A stretch of DNA of 30,867 nt from a virus (IMGVR_UViG_3300028638_000037:1-30867); one strand, 5' to 3'; shown: positions 9,101 to 17,999, counted from the stretch's first letter. Program-made: numbers and translations. The notes: generated from the letters alone by a model not told the origin.

Positions 9101-9583
9101 CACCTCAATTAATATCTTGTTATTCCCATATACTCCGGCATAATCTACACATCGCACATTCACCGTCTCGCTCGTCACGGTGTAAGAATCTATGACATAA
9201 GTATGTAGCCAGATAATGTCCGATTCCTCCAACGCCCATCCCGGTTGCATAAATATGCAACCGAAACGAACCTCGCTACCGTCGCATACCCGCGATTCCA
9301 CTAAATCGCTGAAGCGGACAGCATCCTCCGGCAAACTCCTAACCGTAAAATCAAATCCGCTTGAACTTCCCATCGCGTCCGTCAAATCCACCCCAGCGGG
9401 AATAACCTTTGTCCCGTCCCCAAACCTTATCAGCTTTGCCTCATACTCATATACCCCAATCGTCACCTCTCGATTGGAAAGCCTCACAATATCCGCCCCG
9501 GGCAAATAAATCTCAACCAGCCAGGCTACCGATTTCCCAGCATTCCCTCGCAGCGCGTCCTGTATTATGCTCAAACTTCTCAT
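6134..9583 (-). CDS. Large tail tip / hub (host-specificity-like) protein, 1149 aa
   Basis: Position after TMP; IPRIFG, RAVNGTVAVEH, HPVDVLYHLM, LELGDIVELT motifs typical of sipho tail-tip proteins. Confidence 0.7.
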   Translation of the reverse strand: MRSLSIIQDALRGNAGKSVAWLVEIYLPGADIVRLSNREVTIGVYEYEAKLIRFGDGTKVIPAGVDLTDAMGSSSGFDFTVRSLPEDAVRFSDLVESRVCDGSEVRFGCIFMQPGWALEESDIIWLHTYVIDSYTVTSETVNVRCVDYAGVYGNNKILIEVRDADFPDAPHESYGQIIPRIFGEVSDCPLIPVSLGGKTVLSGHLLVDDRVVPVEDVSGFADAPSGGAILEIDDEQIRYYEIDRVLNTYGTTAKPCDRAVNGTVAVEHSDGTTVYEQAEHYDFIVSDDICKGVSNVRVGEDTPVDEDDYEVDNTQASGRDITILRMFKRPKARRWQPGSDKLVIEGIKEEVLTGEGPDYEWEWRTDDGNADAMNCITSDEVTQYTKLTKNRQVIGYSLEGVLADTGLAKYGRFKKMRLGIEYQCSGLWKGNTWPYWFVQLSENGDAQTSGSLKKPDPVDNNLVVDEHEHQEQSDWTIDSTKPLFDVEPDVAPIHYNEDDSNGDQVNGTFFENFSFKDINVQDGAHVIKKLRWRILVDGYITSMVAKISLPNGKFYTKGWSTFAVPEEKVFEITTADVGEITFEQLRNNQISFRVDGKYTAGYWVHLDSFLDVEHKYYIKGQDTDLGQKKEKAKTSKENVGGETSTSRITMYADLTYFAKYWGEALHDVQGWGIFGARPMIQIGMYNAPMDDNTEIYIYRLWLEVDYQPFTLEISDDLIADVAGRTFAGELYEHPVDVLYHLMTDDALIPIGTINQESFDAVKAVVGNYCPRVARHIGSQITARELIQQLLTDTNMRLIFEGTQYYLKLRDWAYDQDDSVGEITASYFAEKSLEKVRSGTDQLFNQLALYFNRSPRNGNFRRVREFDDLASQKLPWGVRRETYDGYWHGDNNATAKWIGESLLAYGAWKYSVIKMTLPLNWIHLELGDIVELTHERSGLEHNLGEVVMLRVAGADRIQAGVAVWDTIKLGSVSGARVEADRGGRWMRFYVDGRLTAILDIDGNFTVRGRAKVGMGGFIPWSGDEYDWLYRGIMSQENENPPGHHVSLITYYGDGYKCPLILWGGLLDRDHYPYASYPEWGAVLYGSTAKFNQPIDMEIDDYVYLPPDGSAIYLSPNGKDVAAYFEYIEFGEAGYPGVWRFKGKLKSNGIK

Positions 9584-9598
9584 ATCTTAATGTCCATC

Positions 9599-10234
9599 TT
9601 ACACATAAATCACCGATAAAGCAATAAACTGCAAACTCAAACTCTTTACACCGGATTTCAAAGTTTTAAATAAATAATCCTCATTCAATACACGTATCTG
9701 ATCCACGTTTATCGTGTCAAACTGCGCATTATGAAACGCCAACACAACATCATTTAAACCCCAGTTCAGCCCCGCCGCGTCCTGCAAAAATAACCGCCAC
9801 GCCAGCCAGGTAGCGTCATCCAGCCCAGCCCAGTTTATCGTCATGATCTCCTTCTCGCCTTTGATCTGCGTCCTGAATATCTCCGATGCGTTACTCTCGA
9901 AATTCACCACGCCCGTCTGGATGTCCGCCTCCTGCGATACATAATCGCAGTTGAAATAAACATATTTCGCCGGAACTACCGCATAATGCGCCGTGTAAGT
10001 GCTCGTCACAGGATACGCCACAACAATATTAGCCGAACTCGCCGACTGCACCTTCCCACACCAGGACACATGATCATTGTCATCATCCATCACAAACACA
10101 GGCTGACCCGCCGTAAAATAACTATTCGCATTGGTTATCGGAATAGTCGTCGCCCCGCTCGCCAAACTACCGCCCGATCCCGCGCGCCTCACCGCCTCGC
10201 CCCTTGCCAATATCGGCTTATAAAATATCCCCAT
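9599..10234 (-). CDS. Minor tail protein (distal-tail position)
   Basis: Directly after TMP; beta-rich 211 aa. Confidence 0.55.
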   Translation of the reverse strand: MGIFYKPILARGEAVRRAGSGGSLASGATTIPITNANSYFTAGQPVFVMDDDNDHVSWCGKVQSASSANIVVAYPVTSTYTAHYAVVPAKYVYFNCDYVSQEADIQTGVVNFESNASEIFRTQIKGEKEIMTINWAGLDDATWLAWRLFLQDAAGLNWGLNDVVLAFHNAQFDTINVDQIRVLNEDYLFKTLKSGVKSLSLQFIALSVIYV

Positions 10235-10269
10235 TTTTTTCCCTGTTCTTATTTTCGTAATTCATAATT

Positions 10270-12138
10270 TTAAATTGCAAACTCCGGTCCCAACCGCCCA
10301 AGCCCGCGCCCAAGCCTCTCCTCGTCCCTCAATACCCTCTGTATCTCCCGCGCCAACTCCCTCGGATCCTTGTCATATCCGTTAATATTGATGTTTATTG
10401 ATCCCCCCATTTGTAATTCCCCATTCGTCATTCGTCCTGCCGTCTCCTTAGGCAGGACGATCTCCCCAGGCTCCAGCATCGCCGGAACCCTGTCCCCGCC
10501 GCCATATCCCCCCGGAACAATACCGCCCTGCGAATACCCCGCAAATCCCAGATCATCGCTGCTCAAATAAGCATCTGGACTCTTGAACTTGTCCGGATTA
10601 AACGGCGTAGCCAGCAATTCCGTTAAAGGATTTTGACTCCACACATCCCATATTAATGACATCAGATTGCTGCCGATAAATACAGCCGCCTCACGCAAAT
10701 ATGGCAGCAAATCATTCAATCCGTCCCTCATCCAACTCCCGAACATCTCGCCAAAATTATTCCCGCCTCTTAAATAATTATCTAAATCATCCAAAACACG
10801 CCCCGCTATATTCTCAGTCCATTCCCCGATTTTCACAATCAACCGCGCCCCGGGTCCCTCCGCATAGATCTTCGCCATGCCCTCCTCAGCCGTCATCTTC
10901 CCCTCTGCCACTGCCTCATTGATCGCCGCCTGCTCCTCGTCCGATACCCCGCCCGCGATAAACCGGCTGATTGCCTCCTTCAACTTCGCCCCTATCTCAG
11001 GAAATCGGCTTGTCAAATTCTCATTAATAACTTCCAGCAATTCCCCAAGATACTCATTCACCGGCGCCCCGATCTCCATCATCATATTCCTGAATCGGTA
11101 AAATAAATCATTCCACCGCTCGATGGTCGTGTTCTCCACCGTCTCAAACGCCTGATCCACCGCCCCCGCGCTTGCTTGCAAATTCCCCAGCGCCTCATTA
11201 AAGGACGCCCCAGCGTCCTGTCCCAATATCGCAAGCATCAAACTGAGTTCGCTCGCGCTCCCAGCCAACTTCTCGAGATTCTCCGGTCCTACCTGCGTCA
11301 AAAACTTTACCAGACCGCCCTCGGCTATCATCTTTCCCGCAGATTCGGCGGATAATCCCATGCCCTCAAGCGCCTTCGCCGTCTCTCCTGTCGGTCTCAA
11401 TAGATTCTCCAACATGCTCTGCATCGCAGACATAACATTCCGCATCTTCATTCCGCGATCCGTCCCAGTCTCAAAGACGGCTATCATCTCCTCATAACTT
11501 ATACCCAGTTCAGAGGCAATCGGCGCCAATACACCCATCGCCGCCGATAACTCCCCAACTGCCACCTTGCCCGACCTCTGCGCAACCGCAAACTTGTCCG
11601 CAACATCCGCCGCCGCGCTCGCGTCCAAACGATACGCCGTTATCGTGTCCGCAAGACCGTTCACAACTGTCGTCAATTCCTCGCCGCTTGCCCCAGCCAA
11701 CTTGCTCGAAGTCTTAATAAAATCTATTAGATTGTCTTCAGGTATTCCCCTCCGCAGCGCCTCCGATGCCGCTTCAACCATCTCAGGCAGGCTCTCGCCC
11801 AACTCATTCGATACATCCAACAAACCCGCGCGGATACCCCCAAGATTCTCTACGCCCTTCGCCCCTATCTTCGCCAAAGCATTCTCGAAAAGCGCCGCGT
11901 CCTTAACGCCCGTCTTGAACTCCCCAGCCACAGCCTTTACGCCCGCCACAACCTTATCCAATGCCGCCTTCGCCGTGTCCAATATCGCCCGCGAAATAGC
12001 CTGCCCGACGCCCTGCCATATACCCTCCATCACCGAGGCGCTACGCTTCGTCTGACCCTCAATGCCGGTCATACCTTCCTTGAACTTCTCCGTCTCGGCG
12101 TCTATCACCGCAACTATCTTTACCTTTTTCTCTCCCAT
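10270..12138 (-). CDS. Tail tape measure protein (TP901-like)
   Basis: Ala/Gly helical repeats, VADKFAVAQRSGK, GGIVPG..GDRVPAMLEPGEIVL; follows chaperone pair. Confidence 0.9.
   Translation of the reverse strand: MGEKKVKIVAVIDAETEKFKEGMTGIEGQTKRSASVMEGIWQGVGQAISRAILDTAKAALDKVVAGVKAVAGEFKTGVKDAALFENALAKIGAKGVENLGGIRAGLLDVSNELGESLPEMVEAASEALRRGIPEDNLIDFIKTSSKLAGASGEELTTVVNGLADTITAYRLDASAAADVADKFAVAQRSGKVAVGELSAAMGVLAPIASELGISYEEMIAVFETGTDRGMKMRNVMSAMQSMLENLLRPTGETAKALEGMGLSAESAGKMIAEGGLVKFLTQVGPENLEKLAGSASELSLMLAILGQDAGASFNEALGNLQASAGAVDQAFETVENTTIERWNDLFYRFRNMMMEIGAPVNEYLGELLEVINENLTSRFPEIGAKLKEAISRFIAGGVSDEEQAAINEAVAEGKMTAEEGMAKIYAEGPGARLIVKIGEWTENIAGRVLDDLDNYLRGGNNFGEMFGSWMRDGLNDLLPYLREAAVFIGSNLMSLIWDVWSQNPLTELLATPFNPDKFKSPDAYLSSDDLGFAGYSQGGIVPGGYGGGDRVPAMLEPGEIVLPKETAGRMTNGELQMGGSINININGYDKDPRELAREIQRVLRDEERLGRGLGRLGPEFAI
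11278..11325. repeat. 48-bp perfect inverted repeat, copy 1 (inside TMP)
   Basis: Exact reverse complement of 13916-13963. Confidence 0.95.
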
Positions 12139-12190
12139 GTCCCTCTCCCGTCCATTAAGTCCATGCCGTCCATGCCGTCCATTGTCTTAT

Positions 12191-12218
12191 AAAAAAAACG
12201 GCGGCAAATCCGCCGCCG
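12191..12218 (-). terminator. Intrinsic terminator between chaperone and TMP
   Basis: CGGCGGC-GGATTT-GCCGCCG followed by T8 on minus strand. Confidence 0.7.
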
Positions 12219-12219
12219 C

Positions 12220-12564
12220 TTAAAAAAACTTCTCCATAATCATTATATTAATTCGTGCAGCGGTTTGCTTGCTCTTCTCTCGGTCTTCCTTCTCCCGTTC
12301 ACTCATCCCGACTTCTAATATCCGGTTCAACCGCGCCGCGTGCTCTTCTTGCTTCTCCCGTGTCCACACCCCATACGTCCCAGCACGTATCATCCGCGCC
12401 TCTTCCCGCGCCTCCTCATGCTCCAGATACCCCGCCAACTCCGTCAATTCCTGCCATCGCATCCCAAGCATATCGCGCCAACATCCCACTCCGCCGCCCA
12501 GCGCCCGCGCAACACGAAACGCTATCAGCCCGACGGCGCTGCCGCCGGGCTGTATGCGTTTTTT
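12220..12564 (-). CDS. Tail assembly chaperone -1 frameshift extension (gpGT-like)
   Basis: Slippery A-AAA-AAC at 12564-12558; -1 frame reads KKRIQPGGSAVGLIAFRVARALGGGVGCWRDM... into ORF 12220..12489. Confidence 0.8.
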   Translation of the reverse strand, partial: KKRIQPGGSAVGLIAFRVARALGGGVGCWRDMLGMRWQELTELAGYLEHEEAREEARMIRAGTYGVWTREKQEEHAARLNRILEVGMSEREKEDREKSKQTAARINIMIMEKFF

Positions 12565-12815
12565 GATAATGCGTCCCAGATCGCTTGCATGATCGGAGCA
12601 ATCTCCGACTTCCTCACCTGCGCAATATCCAAGTCCGGGATCATGATCTGAATTATCCTCATCTGATTCTTCAAATCCCGCATCTTCTCCGGGTCCTTCA
12701 ATATGACTTCTGCCTCGAACATATCCGCCACAGTCGGATCTATCGCATAATCCGTTCCGTGATACCTGATGCCTGGCAGTTCTTCCGTCTGCTCAACCTC
12801 AATGATTTTCGCCAT
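12525..12815 (-). CDS. Tail assembly chaperone (lambda gpG-like)
   Basis: Between tube and TMP, slippery site near 3' end. Confidence 0.8.
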   Translation of the reverse strand: MAKIIEVEQTEELPGIRYHGTDYAIDPTVADMFEAEVILKDPEKMRDLKNQMRIIQIMIPDLDIAQVRKSEIAPIMQAIWDALSKNAYSPAAAPSG

Positions 12816-12861
12816 TTTTTTTACTCCTTGATCGAGATTCTACCCTGAGCGAGTCGAAGGG

Positions 12862-13416
12862 TTAGCTTTGCGGGAAATAAATCTTCGTTGTGCTCACATC
12901 CGGGTCGCCCAGTCTCAAAAGCCTGATCAAGCCCGTCGCGCTTTCGTCAATCAAACCGATGAATCTCACGCGGAAAGCCTGCTGCTCGTTGATCTTCAGC
13001 GCCACCTCGCAATTCGGAACCGGAACAGCGCTCCAGATTGTGATCGCCTCGGAGTTGTCCGTTGCCCCAACCTTCCGCAACTCCAGCTTCTTGCCCGTCA
13101 ATTTCTTCGGGCGCGGATCAATGTCAACCACCGTTGTAGAAGGCGGTCCGGCGTCCGTTGTCTTCACGCCGTCCAGAATCGAAGCAAGGTTGTCGGCATC
13201 CTTCTGAAGTAAAATCGCCTCCAACTCCACCTCGAACCCCGTCTTATAAACCGCGTAGGGCGTGTCCCCATGGAGATGCACGGTCATCGGAACCGACTTC
13301 ATGTTGATCCTCAACACGCTGCCTTCCTTCGTCGCTCCCAGATTCGTCCCGCCCGTGTCCCACAAAAGATTATACGCCCCAACATCAATACTCGTTGTCC
13401 ACTGCGTTAATGCCAT
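12862..13416 (-). CDS. Major tail tube protein
   Basis: NLGATKEGSVL, VELEAILLQ, ITIWSA sipho tube pattern; position. Confidence 0.75.
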   Translation of the reverse strand: MALTQWTTSIDVGAYNLLWDTGGTNLGATKEGSVLRINMKSVPMTVHLHGDTPYAVYKTGFEVELEAILLQKDADNLASILDGVKTTDAGPPSTTVVDIDPRPKKLTGKKLELRKVGATDNSEAITIWSAVPVPNCEVALKINEQQAFRVRFIGLIDESATGLIRLLRLGDPDVSTTKIYFPQS

Positions 13417-13476
13417 TTCTATCCCTCCAATCTATTCAATATTATATCGTCCACACCGTCCATATCGTCCACGAGG

Positions 13477-13887
13477 TTATTTCCTATAAAGGTATTGCCC
13501 CGTCACCGTAACGCTCGTCGCAGACGCCGGATCCATCCAGATATAACAGTAAACCACTCCGTATTGCTCCCCCGTCAAAGCCACGCGCTGGCTCGTGGTC
13601 AATCCAACACCGTCGCCGGGCGTCAAAGCCTGATTAACATAAACATAACCCGACCTGTTGTCCACCATCTTCACTCGCGCCGCGTCGCAATAAGGCACCT
13701 TCAATAGCAGCGACTTCATCTCTCCGCTCGCGTTCAAGGTGATTGTCGCAGTCGAAGGCGTCACGCTGCTCCACGTCGCGGTAAAGTTCTTCGCCAATAC
13801 CTGCTGCGCCCAGCCCCCGCTGCAAATCATAACCAGCGCAATACATACTGCCCACATCGTCCATCTCGTCCACATCGTCCTTTTCAT
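13477..13887 (-). CDS. Hypothetical tail-region protein with Sec-type signal peptide
   Basis: SD GGAGGTGG; MKR..WAVCIALVMICSGGWA|QQ. Confidence 0.65.
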   Translation of the reverse strand: MKRTMWTRWTMWAVCIALVMICSGGWAQQVLAKNFTATWSSVTPSTATITLNASGEMKSLLLKVPYCDAARVKMVDNRSGYVYVNQALTPGDGVGLTTSQRVALTGEQYGVVYCYIWMDPASATSVTVTGQYLYRK

Positions 13888-13899
13888 TCTCCCACCTCC

Positions 13900-14418
13900 T
13901 TATTCAATGTTAAATGCCGAGGGCGGTCTGGTAAAGTTTTTGACGCAGGTAGGACCGGAGAATACCGCATTAAAACTTAATGTGATTCCCCACAACTCAA
14001 CCTCATTCACCCGCCCCAGATACTCCTCTTCGTCTATCACAATCGGCGAGGCGTTGGCAATTGTCTCATCCTCTTCCCCAGCGCCGCTCTCTAATAACGC
14101 ATTCTCCAACTCCCCAAGCACATCATCAAAATTCAATACGCTCACACCGGAACTTAAACCCGTGAACGCCGCCTGCTCGCCCCTTAATCCCGATATGCCC
14201 ACTACCAGGGGAACCGTAAATATCCTCCTGTGGCAGTTCCCGAGCGTCTCATTCGTAAATCCCGCATATTGCATAATAATAAAAGGCGCCTTGGGGATCT
14301 TCCCGCTTCTTAATCCCTCCTCAAAATCCTTGTTCCATATCTGCACATTGCTGATCGCCGTCTGTCGCGTCGTCAGCATATCATATATCGCTTCAACTAA
14401 ATCCTTACGCCACCCCAT
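13900..14418 (-). CDS. Putative tail terminator/neck protein carrying a 16-aa templated insertion near the C-terminus
   Basis: Synteny between gpG-like gene and tail tube; APFIIMQYAG. Confidence 0.55.
   Translation of the reverse strand: MGWRKDLVEAIYDMLTTRQTAISNVQIWNKDFEEGLRSGKIPKAPFIIMQYAGFTNETLGNCHRRIFTVPLVVGISGLRGEQAAFTGLSSGVSVLNFDDVLGELENALLESGAGEEDETIANASPIVIDEEEYLGRVNEVELWGITLSFNAVFSGPTCVKNFTRPPSAFNIE
13916..13963. repeat. 48-bp perfect inverted repeat, copy 2
   Basis: GCCGAGGGCGGTCTGGTAAAGTTTTTGACGCAGGTAGGACCGGAGAAT. Confidence 0.95.
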
Positions 14419-14896
14419 TGTTCGCCCCCTCCAGCCACTCGCTGATTAATTCCTCGAACTTCTCCACATCACCCTCCTGAAATCCTAAATAAGGTCTCGC
14501 CGGTATTGAACCCCTCCCAAACTGATGCGTCGCCGCATAAACCAAATTCGTCCCGATCTCCACCTGCTTGTTATCCGCGTCAAATGTGATGCTGTTCGCC
14601 AACCTCCCCGAATCCATCAGAATCTTAAACATGCCAATGAACTTCGCCGCCCCAGCCCCAACCATCGTCCGCTTACGCTTCCGGGACGAGTTCCCCCTCA
14701 TCCATCGCGCAACCTTCGTCGCCTCCTTCACATCCTGCCACTTCTCCGGTCTCCCCTGATCCTTGAAGTTCTGCGCCGTCTCCGCCACCATATACGCCCC
14801 GAACGCCGCCAACACAGTTTTCCACTGCCGCCCCGCCGCTATCAACCGCCGCGTCTCCGCCTCCAAGTCTTGCGTCTGTAGTTTCAACGTAAACAT
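14405..14896 (-). CDS. Virion morphogenesis protein (Mu gpG-like)
   Basis: NFKDQGRPEKW, LMDSGRLANSI, VEIGTNLVYAATHQFG, IPARPYLG. Confidence 0.88.
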   Translation of the reverse strand: MFTLKLQTQDLEAETRRLIAAGRQWKTVLAAFGAYMVAETAQNFKDQGRPEKWQDVKEATKVARWMRGNSSRKRKRTMVGAGAAKFIGMFKILMDSGRLANSITFDADNKQVEIGTNLVYAATHQFGRGSIPARPYLGFQEGDVEKFEELISEWLEGANNGVA

Positions 14897-14949
14897 TGCT
14901 CATCTTTCCCTCTCCTGAAATTCGTAATTCGTAATTTGTAATTCATAAT

Positions 14950-15378
14950 TTAAAACCCTTCCATCACCGTCGCATTGAACGTCGCATCCTCCTCATCCTT
15001 CGCCGCCAAGCATAAATCCCCAGCCTGATGCGCCGCCGCCCGCCCCAATTGCATCTCCCCGCGCGATATGCTTTCCAGCATCCTCCGAACCTCCCGAATC
15101 TCAATATTCCACTTCTCCGGGATATTTGCCTCCGTCCTGCGTAAATAAAGAAAGTGCGCCGCCAGCTTCGCAGCCAAGCGGCGCACTATCACCGGAACAG
15201 TCGTCAAGGGAACAGAATACTGCGCGCTGATATAGGCGTCTATGTCAGCCTCCGCCGATGCTATAGCCTCCGCTATAACAGCAGCATCTGCCGTCCCGTC
15301 GCCGTCATCGTCCGCCAACGCCGCTACAGCGTCCGCGTCCAGATAAACCTCAATGTCAGCCAGTTCACAGTATCCCAT
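14950..15378 (-). CDS. Mu gp36-like head-tail connector (DUF1320)
   Basis: YC...D, AIASAEADIDAYI...YSVPL..VP, LESISRG. Confidence 0.85.
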   Translation of the reverse strand: MGYCELADIEVYLDADAVAALADDDGDGTADAAVIAEAIASAEADIDAYISAQYSVPLTTVPVIVRRLAAKLAAHFLYLRRTEANIPEKWNIEIREVRRMLESISRGEMQLGRAAAHQAGDLCLAAKDEEDATFNATVMEGF

Positions 15379-15430
15379 TATTCCCGCTCCTATTTACCCT
15401 GAGTAAGCCCCAAGGGGGCGCATCGAAGGG

Positions 15431-16348
15431 TTATGTGTTGTTGATCTTGATGCTGTTCTGATATGCGGCATACTGCACCCCATGATGCACCCCCGCGTCC
15501 ACCTTGATCTTCCATCCGTCTTCCTGAAGCAGCACTTCAGGCTCCGCAAACACGCCATAAATAAACGGCGCCGCTGGATCGTTCAGCACGTGAACATAAA
15601 AGTCCACCACGTCGCTCAGATTCGGGTCCGCCCACACATCAAAGCTGCCGGCAAGAATGTTCGTGGTCGAACTGATCATCTGCGCCTTCGCCAGGTATTG
15701 GAAATATTGCTCCAAAGCCAGCGGACACTGCACCAGAACCTTCAGATTCCCGCGATGAATCACCTCGCCAGTGTCCGACTTCATCGCGCGCAGCGCCCCA
15801 ATCGCAGCCCAGAAGTCCGTCGTGATGTCGTCCTGTGCCGCCGCGCCGTTACCCGTCAAAAGGTTCGACTGCGTTCCGCCCGGGATCGTGTGAGTTGTTG
15901 CATAAAATGCAACACCATCATACGCCGTTCCGCTCGTACCTGCCGCAATCAAATCGCTCAAAAGCTTCTGAGCGTGGTTCGCGGCGCTAATGCCCAGCGC
16001 GCGGATCTTCGGCTGGATTTGATCCCACAAGGTGTCGTTAGGCGTGTTGCGATCGTATTCAAATCCGCCCTGATATCGCAGGCTGTTCACAGCCATGGTG
16101 TATTTTGCCAGGTCTTGAAACTTGGAAGAACCGGCGTATGCTGTTAATGCCATCGGCGCCCCGATTCCCTCAGCCGTGTCCTTCTCCTTGTTCAATTTGA
16201 TGCGCTGACAGATCTTTGATACAACACTGTTGCCGTCCGCTTCTCTGATCGCGCTCATGAATTCTGTCCGAATAAGTCCCCGTGTTACGGGTCCCGCAAT
16301 TCCAAGAGGCATTTCATTCCCCCCCCTTCTGTTTTTGATAATTTTCAA
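15431..16348 (-). CDS. Major capsid protein (Mu gpT-like)
   Basis: IRALGISAA.H, AYDGVAFYATTH, position after protease and decoration genes. Confidence 0.85.
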   Translation of the reverse strand: MKIIKNRRGGNEMPLGIAGPVTRGLIRTEFMSAIREADGNSVVSKICQRIKLNKEKDTAEGIGAPMALTAYAGSSKFQDLAKYTMAVNSLRYQGGFEYDRNTPNDTLWDQIQPKIRALGISAANHAQKLLSDLIAAGTSGTAYDGVAFYATTHTIPGGTQSNLLTGNGAAAQDDITTDFWAAIGALRAMKSDTGEVIHRGNLKVLVQCPLALEQYFQYLAKAQMISSTTNILAGSFDVWADPNLSDVVDFYVHVLNDPAAPFIYGVFAEPEVLLQEDGWKIKVDAGVHHGVQYAAYQNSIKINNT

Positions 16349-16370
16349 TCCGCCTCAGGCGGATAGAAGG

Positions 16371-16781
16371 TTATCTCATGTCAATGTCAACCCAGGCATG
16401 GGTCGAACCGTCAATACCGACAACCTTGCCGCACGTCACATCGTTGCTCGTTGTTCCGTCCCGCGCGACTTCATTGTTGTAAAGGCAGTTCGCATCAATG
16501 CCAATGTCCGTAACCGCCGCGCTGCCGAGCAAAAACCGGAACACGCCCTTGCGACGAACCTGGATGTTGATGGTTCCGTCAGATCCGCCCGAGTTATCGG
16601 CCTCTTCAGCGGCAACGCCCACAAATGTGCAGCTCGCCGTGTCCGCGCCATTGATCGCATACCCCGAACTGTTCAGCATCACCAGCGCACCGGCAGGTAT
16701 CTTCGTGCTCCGGTAAACCGGATATTCCATGATCTCACCGTCCTGATACTTGGTGAAGATCGTAGTCGTAGAAGCAGCCAT
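16371..16781 (-). CDS. Capsid decoration/cement protein
   Basis: YPV...TKIPAGALV, FVGVA.E.ADN..GSDG, VRRKGVF. Confidence 0.75.
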   Translation of the reverse strand: MAASTTTIFTKYQDGEIMEYPVYRSTKIPAGALVMLNSSGYAINGADTASCTFVGVAAEEADNSGGSDGTINIQVRRKGVFRFLLGSAAVTDIGIDANCLYNNEVARDGTTSNDVTCGKVVGIDGSTHAWVDIDMR

Positions 16782-16863
16782 TATTCTTTCCCCCCTTTTT
16801 TACCCTGAGTAAGTCCCGAGTAAGTCCCATAGGGACGCACCGAGGGACGCATCGAAGGGTCCG

Positions 16864-17919
16864 TTAATTCTTGAATTCGTCCGGATTCGCCTGAATATAA
16901 AGCTCCGGCGTATGTCCGGTTCCCTTCACAGCCTCGCAGGCTTTCTGATACTGTGCAATCGTAACATTGCACTTCCGCGCCTTCTCCGCAAATTCGGCAA
17001 TGTTCCCAAGGCTCTTCCGCTCCCCACCGGGAGCCGCCTCCCCAAAAAGAACCACCTTGTGCTGCGTCAGTATGCTCTTCAGAATCTCAATCGGAGACCC
17101 CGACACCTTCCCGCCCTCGCCAAAGGTGATAACCTTGTCGGATGGCGCCAGCGACGCGTCAATCATCAGCTCCCGAAGCCCGCAGGCGATCTGCGCCGGT
17201 GTAATATAGCCAGCCTTCAAAGCCTGCTCGCAAAATTGATCCACATGCTGCTCGGCGGCGCGAATCACGTCCGCCTGCGTCCGCTCGCCGAATTGCAGCG
17301 CAACCATCTTCGCCTTATCCTCGGCGGTCAGTCGTTTCTGACGTTCCTCGGCAGCCTTCGCCTCAGCGTCCTTCACGCGCGCCTCAAGCGAGGCAACCGT
17401 TTTTGCCAGATCGCTCTCAGCAAAACTTGCCAGCTTCTCCTTCGCGTCCGCAAGGTCTTTTTTCAACTTCTCCAGTTCTTTCTCGTCCATTCTTCCTTCA
17501 CCTCCTTTATGGTATTCTATATTTATAAACTCTTCCCCACTTGAAAACTTGACCGGGGAAAGCCCTTTGATTTCTGGGATCTGTGCCCCAAGGAAGGTTA
17601 CCGCGCGCAGGTAGGGCTTTCCCGTCTCCTTGAATTTTTTATAAATCTCAACGGAGATCTTTTTATACGCGCCCGCCTTCACGGTCTCTTTGAATTCCGC
17701 ATTCAAATCTCCCAATATCGCAAACAGCCTCGCCCCTGCCGATCGCAACCGCTTCACCCACCCATACGCCGGTCCCTCCTGCTTGTGATCCACCGTCACA
17801 GGCGCCTCATGAATATCCGCCTTATATCCATCGGCGATCAAAGCAACATCCGCCTCGGAATAATTCCCCTTTTCACCATAATCCCCCGCTCGGAATACCT
17901 CAACCTCTATTTCGTCCAT
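16864..17919 (-). CDS. Mu gpI-like prohead protease with C-terminal scaffold coiled coil
   Basis: EVFRAG, EAPVTVDH, PAYGWV, YKKISVE, FLGAQIP.IKGL; start chosen at MDEIEVE after SD GGAGGAG. Confidence 0.85.
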   Translation of the reverse strand: MDEIEVEVFRAGDYGEKGNYSEADVALIADGYKADIHEAPVTVDHKQEGPAYGWVKRLRSAGARLFAILGDLNAEFKETVKAGAYKKISVEIYKKFKETGKPYLRAVTFLGAQIPEIKGLSPVKFSSGEEFINIEYHKGGEGRMDEKELEKLKKDLADAKEKLASFAESDLAKTVASLEARVKDAEAKAAEERQKRLTAEDKAKMVALQFGERTQADVIRAAEQHVDQFCEQALKAGYITPAQIACGLRELMIDASLAPSDKVITFGEGGKVSGSPIEILKSILTQHKVVLFGEAAPGGERKSLGNIAEFAEKARKCNVTIAQYQKACEAVKGTGHTPELYIQANPDEFKN

Positions 17920-17999
17920 CTTCTCTCCTCCCAATTGCCCCTAAAACCCGTTCACAATCGTCCATAATCGTTCGCAAACCATTAACCCCTATATTTTCC

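Noticed and set aside
2536-9583. Diversity-generating retroelement acting on tail genes
   Set aside because: No reverse transcriptase and no adenine-mismatched TR/VR pair seen; the 48-bp repeat is inverted and perfect
13739-14449. 236-aa plus-strand ORF sharing a peptide with TMP
   Set aside because: Antisense shadow of minus-strand genes; the shared peptide arises only from the 48-bp inverted copy
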